Program-made: the position numbers and the translations under genes
The notes under the pieces: model-generated
What the model was told of the DNA's origin: nothing
Databases searched by the model: none
What the model saw: only the letters and a program-made list of their open reading frames with translations
In this document: in pieces, positions 8,051 through 15,216 of the stretch
How positions within the stretch are numbered: the stretch's first letter is position 1
Layout: every line of letters begins with the position of its first letter
Assembly: GCA_004554085.1 (NCBI GenBank)
Contig: SFNY01000009.1
Coordinates: 14,060 to 78,059, forward strand
Direction of reading: 5' to 3'
Source of the DNA: Clostridiales bacterium
GTDB taxonomy: Bacteria; Bacillota; Clostridia; Christensenellales; Aristaeellaceae
Length of the DNA: 64,000 nucleotides

Positions 8051-9652
8051 ATGATTTTCACCGAGGAAATGCTTGCATCCATGAAAAAGGTTGAGGCTGC
8101 CCGCGAAGCAAACATTGCGCTGGAGCCCCGCCGCATGACCGCCGAGGAGAAGGAAAAGCTGCTGGCGGACTATCATCCGGACTACAAGGACGACGGCTTC
8201 ACCACCATCCGCATCGGCGGCAACAAGGGCCAGAAGTGCCCGGTTGAGCTCAACGAGATGCTGGAGGGTCGCAGCCGCGTGCTGGACATGAAGGTGGACC
8301 TGGATAAGGTCGATTACGACGTGGACGTGCTGGTCATCGGCGGCGGCGGCGCGGGTTCCTCCGCGGCCATCGAGGCCCATGCGGCTGGTGCGAACGTGAT
8401 GATCGTCACCAAGCTGCGCATCGGCGACGCCAACACCATGATGGCTGAGGGCGGCATTCAGGCCGCCGACAAGCCCGGCGACTCCCCGGCGCAGCACTAT
8501 CTGGACGTGATGGGCGGCGGACACTACTGCAACCGCCCCGAGCTGGTCAAGAAGTTGGTCAACGACGGCCCCGAGGCCATTCAGTGGCTGAATCGGCTGG
8601 GCGTGGAGTTTGACAAGGCCGAGGACGGCACCATGATCACCACCCACGGCGGCGGCACCAGCCGCAAGCGCATGCACGCGGCGGCGGATTACTCCGGCGC
8701 GGAGATCATGCGCACGCTGCGCGACGAGGTGCTCAACCGGGGCATTCCGGTGGTGGACTTCACCGCGGCCATCGAGTTGATTCTGGACGAGAACGGCCAT
8801 GCCGCAGGCGCGGTGCTGCTGAACATGGAGACGGGCGAGGTGCGCGTTGCGCGCGCGAAGTGCGTGATCCTGGCCACCGGCGGCGCGGGCCGCATGCACT
8901 ACCAGGGCTTCCCGACCTCCAACCACTACGGCGCGACGGCGGACGGCCTGGTGCTGGCCTATCGTGCGGGCGCAAAGCTGCTGTATCAGGACACCCTGCA
9001 GTACCATCCCACCGGCGTGGCGTTCCCGAAGCAGATCTACGGCGCGCTGGTCACCGAGAAGGTGCGCTCCATGGGCGCGAAGCTGGTCAACAGCGAGGGC
9101 GAGGTCTACGTGCATCCGCTGGAGACCCGCGACGTGAATGCTGCGGCCCTGATTCGCGAGTGCTCCACCAACGGCAAGGGCGTTCCGACCCCCGACGGCG
9201 GACGCGCCGTGTGGCTGGACACCCCCATGATCGATATGATTCACGGCGAGGGCACGCTGGAGAAGCGCCTGCCGGCCATGCTGCGCATGTATCTGAAGTT
9301 CGGCATCGACATGCGCAAGACCCCGATCCTGGTGTATCCCACGCTGCACTATCAGAACGGCGGCATCGAGATTACCGTGGACGGTCAGAGCGGCGTGGAG
9401 AACCTCTTCGTTGCGGGCGAGGCCGTCGGCGGCATCCACGGGCGCAACCGCCTGATGGGCAACAGCCTGCTGGACATCATCGTGTTCGGCCGCAACGCCG
9501 GTCAGCAGGCCGCGAAGAAGGCCAGAGGCGTGACCGTGGGCAAGCTGAGCCTGGAGCATGTGAACAGGTACGAGGCGGAGCTGGAGGCACTGGGCGTGAA
9601 GGATCAGGCCGCGTCTCCCAAGCTGCTGCCGGACTACACCCGCAAGTTTTAA
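8051..9652 (+). CDS. Soluble FAD-dependent oxidoreductase of the fumarate reductase/succinate dehydrogenase/L-aspartate oxidase flavoprotein family
   Basis: 533 aa. 'VLVIGGGGAGSSAA' dinucleotide fold, 'LQYHPTG', 'ETRDV', 'HYQNGGI', 'GEAVGGIHGRNRLMGNSLLD'. No His at the covalent-FAD position ('DANTMMAEGG'). Confidence 0.75.
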   Translation: MIFTEEMLASMKKVEAAREANIALEPRRMTAEEKEKLLADYHPDYKDDGFTTIRIGGNKGQKCPVELNEMLEGRSRVLDMKVDLDKVDYDVDVLVIGGGGAGSSAAIEAHAAGANVMIVTKLRIGDANTMMAEGGIQAADKPGDSPAQHYLDVMGGGHYCNRPELVKKLVNDGPEAIQWLNRLGVEFDKAEDGTMITTHGGGTSRKRMHAAADYSGAEIMRTLRDEVLNRGIPVVDFTAAIELILDENGHAAGAVLLNMETGEVRVARAKCVILATGGAGRMHYQGFPTSNHYGATADGLVLAYRAGAKLLYQDTLQYHPTGVAFPKQIYGALVTEKVRSMGAKLVNSEGEVYVHPLETRDVNAAALIRECSTNGKGVPTPDGGRAVWLDTPMIDMIHGEGTLEKRLPAMLRMYLKFGIDMRKTPILVYPTLHYQNGGIEITVDGQSGVENLFVAGEAVGGIHGRNRLMGNSLLDIIVFGRNAGQQAAKKARGVTVGKLSLEHVNRYEAELEALGVKDQAASPKLLPDYTRKF

Positions 9653-9747
9653 TTTCTGATTTTCGTTTCGCCGCCATGCAGGAAAGCGGCTGTGTGGCGG
9701 CGAATTCAGCAATGGAGTTGAATGACTGAGATAGGAGGCGCCGGTTC

Positions 9748-10872
9748 ATGAATTCGCTGCTCGCAGTGTTCCTGATCGCTGCCCTGGGTTACTTCATCGG
9801 CGGCATTCGCATCAAGGGAATTGAATTGGGCACGGCCGGCGTGCTGCTGGTTGCCCTGGTATTCGGCCATTTCGGCGTGGAGATTCCCTCCATCATCCGA
9901 AATTTCGGCCTTGCACTGTTCGTCTGCTCGGTGGGCTTCATCGCCGGGCCGAAGTTTTTCCGCGACTTCAAGAGCAACGCCGCGAGTTACATCCTGCTGG
10001 GCTTTCTCATCATCCTGTCCGGCGGAATCTGCGCGGTGCTGGTCTCGCTGATCGGCGGCATCCGCCCGGAGCTGTCCGTGGGCCTGCTCACCGGCGCGCT
10101 CACCAGCACGCCCGGCCTGGCTGCGGCGCAGGAGGCGGCGGGGGAGCTTGCGGATCTTGCCACCACCGGCTACGCCATCGCCTATCCCTTCGGCGTGATC
10201 GGCGTGGTGCTGTTCGTGCAGCTCGTGCCGCGCATCATGAAGGTGGACATGGCGGAGGAGCGCGCCCACTTCGAGGCTGCGCACACCGCCAAGATCAAGA
10301 GATACGACGGCTGGCTGTTCAAGTTTGACCAGGGCGGCTTCTTCGCGTTCATGATTGCGGTCGTGCTGGGCATCCTGCTGGGCAATGTGCATGTGCCGCT
10401 GCCCGGCGGCGCAAGCTTCTCGCTGGGCACCACCGGCGGCCCGCTGATCATGGGCCTGCTGTTCGGCCACTTCGCCCACGTGGGCCATCTGGATCTCACG
10501 GTTCCGGTGGAGGAGCTCAAGACCTTCCGCGAGCTGGGCCTGATGCTGTTCCTCATCGGCGCTGGCGTAAGCGGCGGCGCGGGCTTCGTGGATACGCTGA
10601 AGAAGGAGGGCGTGATCCTCTTCGTGTACGGCGCGATCATGACCCTGGTTCCGATGTTCGTGGGCTTCTTTGTGGCGAAAAAGGTGCTGAAGCTGCGGCT
10701 GCTGAACAACCTCGGCTCCATCACCGGCGGCATGACCTCCACGCCCGCGCTGGGCACGCTCATCAGCGTGGCCAAGACGGACGACGTGGCCTCTGCCTAT
10801 GCGGCGACCTATCCCATCGCGCTGGTGGCGGTCGTGCTCTGTGCACAGTTTATTGTGATCCTGCTTGGATGA
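9748..10872 (+). CDS. AspT/YidE/YbjL (AAEx) family transporter, short form without TrkA-C domains
   Basis: 374 aa polytopic membrane protein. The two halves share the family motif ('GALTSTPGLAAA' and 'GGMTSTPALGTL'). Confidence 0.7.
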   Translation: MNSLLAVFLIAALGYFIGGIRIKGIELGTAGVLLVALVFGHFGVEIPSIIRNFGLALFVCSVGFIAGPKFFRDFKSNAASYILLGFLIILSGGICAVLVSLIGGIRPELSVGLLTGALTSTPGLAAAQEAAGELADLATTGYAIAYPFGVIGVVLFVQLVPRIMKVDMAEERAHFEAAHTAKIKRYDGWLFKFDQGGFFAFMIAVVLGILLGNVHVPLPGGASFSLGTTGGPLIMGLLFGHFAHVGHLDLTVPVEELKTFRELGLMLFLIGAGVSGGAGFVDTLKKEGVILFVYGAIMTLVPMFVGFFVAKKVLKLRLLNNLGSITGGMTSTPALGTLISVAKTDDVASAYAATYPIALVAVVLCAQFIVILLG

Positions 10873-10921
10873 GGCCGGAGGGGATTTCCCGGCCCATTCT
10901 GACGAAATAGGAGGTACGGAT

Positions 10922-11161
10922 ATGAAGATTCAGATTTGCGTTGGCAGCACCTGCCATCTTTGCGGTTCCAAGAAGGTCGTCACCCGCTTCCAGGAGCTGG
11001 TTGCGGAGAACAATCTGCAGGCGGAGGTCGAACTGTCCGGCAAGTTCTGCATGGGCAAGTGCGGCGAGGGCGTGAGCGTCATGATCGGCGACACCGTGTA
11101 TTCCGTAAAGCCGGAGGAAGTGGACGAGTTCTTCAAGAACGAGGTTCTGGCAAAGATCTAA
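10922..11161 (+). CDS. Thioredoxin-like [2Fe-2S] ferredoxin (NuoE/HydC-like small subunit)
   Basis: ATG at 10922 with AGGAGG RBS inside ORF 10865..11161. Motifs 'CVGSTCHLCG' and 'CMGKCGEG'. Confidence 0.75.
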   Translation: MKIQICVGSTCHLCGSKKVVTRFQELVAENNLQAEVELSGKFCMGKCGEGVSVMIGDTVYSVKPEEVDEFFKNEVLAKI

Positions 11162-11245
11162 AGAAAAGGTGCGCAAGACCGGCGGCTCCGATCGGGGGCT
11201 GCCGGTCTGTGCAATCCGCGCGGACTGCGCATACGGGAGGTAAAC

Positions 11246-12595
11246 ATGAACCAGATCATCCGACTCAGCAATGTGGAGTGCAAGGACTGCTACAAGTGCA
11301 TCCGCAATTGCCCGGTGAAGGCCATCCGTTACAGCGACGGCCACGCGGCCATCGTCCAGGCGGAGTGCATCCTCTGTGGCGAATGCGTGGTCACCTGCCC
11401 GCAACGGGGCGACTTCGTCGCCAGCCAGACGGAGGAGATTCGTTCGATCATCCGCAGCGGACGGAGGGTGGTGGCCAGCGTCGCGCCCTCCTTCATCTCG
11501 GATCTGCCCGTGGGTTCCATCGAGGGCATGCGCGCGACGCTTCAGAAGCTCGGCTTCTACGACGCACAGGAGACCTCGCTGGGCGCGGAGATCGTCTCCC
11601 GGGAGTACGAGCGCATCATGCAGGAGAACGAGATGGACCTGCTGATTTCCAGCTGCTGCACCTCCGTGGTCATGCTGATCCAGCGCTACTATCCGGATGT
11701 GCTGCCGTACCTCGCCCCGGTCAAGAGTCCGATGCAGCTTCACTGCGAGATGCTCAAGCAGCAGTACCCCGACGCCTACACCGTGTTCATCGGCCCCTGC
11801 TACGCCAAGAAGGGCGAGGCGGAGCTGAGCGAGAGCGTGGACATGGGCATCACCTTCTACGAGCTGCGGGAGTGGATGCGCGAGGAAGGCGTGGAGCCGG
11901 TGCACATCGAGAACCACGACACCGGCAAGCGCGCGCGCCGCTATCCGCGTCAGGACGGCCTGGTGAAGTCCATGACCCCGGTGAAGGGCTGGAACCGCGT
12001 GGCCATCGACGGTGTGAACGACTGCATCGCGGCCCTCAGCGAGATTCGCCACGGCGGCGTGGAAAAGACCTTCCTGGAGATGACCGCCTGCGAGGGCAGC
12101 TGCGTCAACGGCCCCGCCATCCGCAAGAACCGCTACGAGAACCGCATTCGCGGCACCGTGGCGGTGAACGAGTACTCCGGAAACGACGACTTTGGCGTGA
12201 CCACCGACATCCCGCTGCGCATCTATCACGACCCCGAGCCGGTGATGCGCCGCATCCCCACAGAGGACGAGATTCAGGCGGTGCTGAAGAAGCTGGGGAA
12301 GGACACCCGCAAGACGGCCATCAACTGCGGCTGCTGCGGCTATCCAACCTGCCGCAAGATGGCCATCGCCATCTGCCGCGACATGGCCCAGCTGGACATG
12401 TGCCTGCCCTACGTGCGCGAGAAGGCGGAGTTCCACTCCCGCGAGATCATCGACAGCACGCTGGAGGCGGCGGACCAGCTGATCGACAAGCAAATGCGCG
12501 TGGTGCAGAACATCGCCTCGATTCTGGGCGAGAGCACCGCAGAGACCAAGGTGATGCTGACAAAACTGAAGGAAGCGGTACAGAGCGATGCATGA
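11246..12595 (+). CDS. [FeFe]-hydrogenase-like protein, putative sensory (group C type), no PAS domain
   Basis: 449 aa. N-terminal 2x[4Fe-4S] ('CYKCIRNCP', 'CILCGECVVTCP'). H-cluster motifs are present but altered: 'SSCCTS', 'GPCYAKKGE', 'EMTACEGSCVNG'. C-terminal 'CGCCGYPTC' FeS motif. Confidence 0.8.
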   Translation: MNQIIRLSNVECKDCYKCIRNCPVKAIRYSDGHAAIVQAECILCGECVVTCPQRGDFVASQTEEIRSIIRSGRRVVASVAPSFISDLPVGSIEGMRATLQKLGFYDAQETSLGAEIVSREYERIMQENEMDLLISSCCTSVVMLIQRYYPDVLPYLAPVKSPMQLHCEMLKQQYPDAYTVFIGPCYAKKGEAELSESVDMGITFYELREWMREEGVEPVHIENHDTGKRARRYPRQDGLVKSMTPVKGWNRVAIDGVNDCIAALSEIRHGGVEKTFLEMTACEGSCVNGPAIRKNRYENRIRGTVAVNEYSGNDDFGVTTDIPLRIYHDPEPVMRRIPTEDEIQAVLKKLGKDTRKTAINCGCCGYPTCRKMAIAICRDMAQLDMCLPYVREKAEFHSREIIDSTLEAADQLIDKQMRVVQNIASILGESTAETKVMLTKLKEAVQSDA

Positions 12596-13757
12596 ACTCT
12601 ACACCGATACCGGCTGCATGACCCTGACCAAGTTCGGCGAGCAGCTCTGCGGGGACCACATCGAGTTCCGGCTGGATGACCACGTCTCCATCTGCGTGCT
12701 GGCCGACGGCCTGGGCAGCGGCGTCAAGGCAAATATTCTGGCCACGCTCACGTCCCAGATTCTGGCGACGATGAGCGTTGGCGGCATGTCCATCGAGGAC
12801 TGCGTGGACACCATCGTCCGCACCCTGCCCCAGTGCAGCGTGCGCCACGTCAACTACTCTACTTTCACCATCGTCAAGATTCGCGACCAGAAGTACGTGG
12901 AGCTGACCCGCTTCGACAATCCCCACACGGTGGTGTTGCGCGACGGCAAGAACTACGAATTCAAGTACCACTCCCGCATGATCGAGGACAAGCGCATCTT
13001 CTTCTCCAGCTTCGAGGCCCAGGAGAACGATGTGATCGTGGTCATGAGCGACGGCGCGATCTTTGCGGGCCTGGGCGGACAGTACCCCTTCGGCTGGGGT
13101 CGCGACAAGATCATCGAATACCTGGAGGAGCACTACCGCTCGGACATGACCGCCAAGGGCGTGGCCATGCTGCTGGCCCGGGAGTGCAACCGACTCTACG
13201 AGGGCAAGCCGGGGGACGACACCTCCTTCGCGGTGATGCGCGTCTGCGCCCGCGAGGCGGTGAACCTGATGATCGGCCCGCCCTCCGCCATGAACCTGGA
13301 CACCGAGATGGTCAGCCAGTTCTTCGCCTCCGAGGGCATGCACATCGTCTGCGGCGGCTCCACCAACCGCATCGCGGCGCGCTATCTGGGCAAGGAGGTG
13401 CACGCCAGCCTGAACTACGGCGAGAGCGACCTCCCGCCGATCTATTCGCTGGAGGGCGTTGACCTCGCCACCGAGGGCGTGGTGACCATCTCCAAGGTAC
13501 TGGAGTACGCCCAGGAGTACCTGGACGGCACCCAGCTCAACCCCGTGTGGAAGCTCAACAGCGACGGCGCGGCCTGCATCGCCCACGCGCTGTTTGAGTA
13601 CGCCACCGACGTGCACTTCTTCGTGGGCTGCGCCATCAACCCGGCCCATCAGAATCCCAGCCTGCCCATCGCCTTCGGCGCGAAGTTCCAGCTGATCGAC
13701 CAGCTGAGCAAGTGCCTGGAGAAGATGGGAAAGAAGGTCACGGTGCGCTTCTTCTGA
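12588..13757 (+). CDS. PP2C/SpoIIE-family serine phosphatase with an uncharacterised C-terminal domain
   Basis: 389 aa, overlapping the hydrogenase gene by 8 nt. Motifs 'CGDHIEF..VLADGLGSGVKA' and 'MSDGA..GDDTSF' fit PP2C metal-binding patterns. Confidence 0.75.
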   Translation: MHELYTDTGCMTLTKFGEQLCGDHIEFRLDDHVSICVLADGLGSGVKANILATLTSQILATMSVGGMSIEDCVDTIVRTLPQCSVRHVNYSTFTIVKIRDQKYVELTRFDNPHTVVLRDGKNYEFKYHSRMIEDKRIFFSSFEAQENDVIVVMSDGAIFAGLGGQYPFGWGRDKIIEYLEEHYRSDMTAKGVAMLLARECNRLYEGKPGDDTSFAVMRVCAREAVNLMIGPPSAMNLDTEMVSQFFASEGMHIVCGGSTNRIAARYLGKEVHASLNYGESDLPPIYSLEGVDLATEGVVTISKVLEYAQEYLDGTQLNPVWKLNSDGAACIAHALFEYATDVHFFVGCAINPAHQNPSLPIAFGAKFQLIDQLSKCLEKMGKKVTVRFF

Positions 13758-13780
13758 AACGAACTCCGGCCGGGCAACGA

Positions 13781-13842
13781 AAAGCTCCCTTCGCGCGAGA
13801 CAGTCGATCAACAGGGCTGTCCGTGAGAAGGGAGCTTTTTTA
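13781..13842 (+). terminator. Rho-independent terminator after the hydrogenase/phosphatase operon
   Basis: Stem AAAGCTCCCTTC (13781..13792) pairs with GAAGGGAGCTTT (13827..13838). There is an inner GACAG/CTGTC stem, and a T-run follows. Confidence 0.7.
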
Positions 13843-13906
13843 TGTCCGCGGGAGACGCGGGGCGTAGTTCTTCGGCAACTTTTTTCTGCGAATCGTAATA
13901 AAATGC

Positions 13907-13954
13907 TTGACAAATCTCAGAAACAAGAATATTATTAGTATTGATAATGATAAT
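13907..13954 (+). promoter_or_regulatory. Sigma-A-type promoter plus AT-rich imperfect palindrome (candidate operator) upstream of the ArsR gene
   Basis: TTGACA (13907..13912), 17-nt spacer, TATTAT (13930..13935). The imperfect palindrome ATTATTAGTATTGATAATGATAAT overlaps the -10. Confidence 0.55.
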
Positions 13955-13966
13955 GGAGGCGAAACC

Positions 13967-14500
13967 ATGGGCAGGGACTTTGCAGACGTGATCATGAATC
14001 CGGTGCGGCAGCGCATCGCCCAGTATCTGATTCTGCACAGGACGGGAACGGTCAATGAGATTGCCGCCGCGCTCAGCGACGTGCCGCGGCCCAGCCTGTA
14101 CCGGCACATGAACGTGCTGCTGGAGGCGGGCTGCATCGAGGTGGTCGCGCAGAAGAGCGTGCGCGGTGCGGTGGAGCGCACCTATGCGCTGGTGGAGCAG
14201 CCGATGGGCAATCCCAGCCAGCAGGAGGTGGCAGGGCTGATCCACGGGGTGCTGACCTCCGTGATGGCCAGCTTTGCGCGCTACTTCTCCCACGGGGACG
14301 TGGATCCGCAGAGGGATCTGCTGAGCGTGTCCTCGTCCACGCTGATGCTCTCCGACGGGGAGATGCTGGAGATGCTCCAGCGCATCGGCACCGTGTTCAA
14401 CGACTACATTCAGGATCAACCCGGCGGGGAGCGCAAGCCCCGCAACATTGTATTCATTTCGGCCCCGGTGGAGGGGGAGAGGGAGTTGAAATCATGCTGA
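13967..14500 (+). CDS. ArsR-family winged-helix transcriptional regulator
   Basis: ATG at 13967 with GGAGG RBS inside ORF 13907..14500. The HTH region is 'TVNEIAAALSDVPRPSLYRHMNVLLEAGCIEV'. Confidence 0.75.
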   Translation: MGRDFADVIMNPVRQRIAQYLILHRTGTVNEIAAALSDVPRPSLYRHMNVLLEAGCIEVVAQKSVRGAVERTYALVEQPMGNPSQQEVAGLIHGVLTSVMASFARYFSHGDVDPQRDLLSVSSSTLMLSDGEMLEMLQRIGTVFNDYIQDQPGGERKPRNIVFISAPVEGERELKSC

Positions 14501-15216
14501 AGATCGATCATCTGAGCAAGACCTATCCCGGCGGCAAGCGGGCGGTGCAGGATCTGAGCCTGCACATCGAGCCGGGCGACATCTACGGCTTCATCGGCCA
14601 CAACGGCGCGGGCAAGACCACCACGCTGCGCTGCGTGGCAGGCATCATCGGATTCGACGGCGGCGAGATCCGCGTGGACGGGCACAGCGTGGCAAGCGAG
14701 CCGCTGGCCTGCAAGCGCAGCATGGCCTACGTGCCGGACAACCCGGATCTGTACGAATACCTGACGGGCATCCAGTACCTGAACTTCATCGCGGACGTGT
14801 TTGGCGTGCCGGAGGCGGAGCGCACCGCAGCGTTCAAAAAGTACGGCGACCTGTTTGAGCTCACGGAGAACCTGGGCGACCTGATCTCCAGCTACTCCCA
14901 CGGTATGAAGCAGAAGCTGACGCTGATCGCGGCGCTGTGCCACAATCCGCGGCTGCTGGTGCTGGACGAGCCCTTTGTGGGCCTGGATCCGCTGGCGGCG
15001 CGCATGCTGAAGGACGTGATGCACGAGCTGTGCGAATCCGGCGGCGCGATCTTCTTCTCCACCCACGTGCTGGACGTGGCGGAGAAGCTGTGCAACAAGG
15101 TCGCCATCATCCGCGAGGGCAAGCTGGTTGCCTCCGGCGAGACGAGGGCGCTGACGGGCGGTCGCTCCCTGGAGGAGCTTTTCCTGGAGGTGGTGGAGCA
15201 TGCTCCGGCAGATTAA
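14494..15216 (+). CDS. ABC transporter ATP-binding protein
   Basis: 240 aa. Walker A 'GHNGAGKTT', signature 'YSHGMKQKL', Walker B 'LLVLDEP'. Overlaps the regulator gene by 7 nt. Confidence 0.9.
   Translation: MLKIDHLSKTYPGGKRAVQDLSLHIEPGDIYGFIGHNGAGKTTTLRCVAGIIGFDGGEIRVDGHSVASEPLACKRSMAYVPDNPDLYEYLTGIQYLNFIADVFGVPEAERTAAFKKYGDLFELTENLGDLISSYSHGMKQKLTLIAALCHNPRLLVLDEPFVGLDPLAARMLKDVMHELCESGGAIFFSTHVLDVAEKLCNKVAIIREGKLVASGETRALTGGRSLEELFLEVVEHAPAD

Noticed and set aside
9653-9747. The hairpin CGCCGCCA..TGGCGGCG between the flavoprotein gene and the transporter gene, considered as a terminator.
   Set aside because: No T-run follows on the plus strand, so it cannot be called a rho-independent terminator. 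Whether the transporter is co-transcribed is left open.
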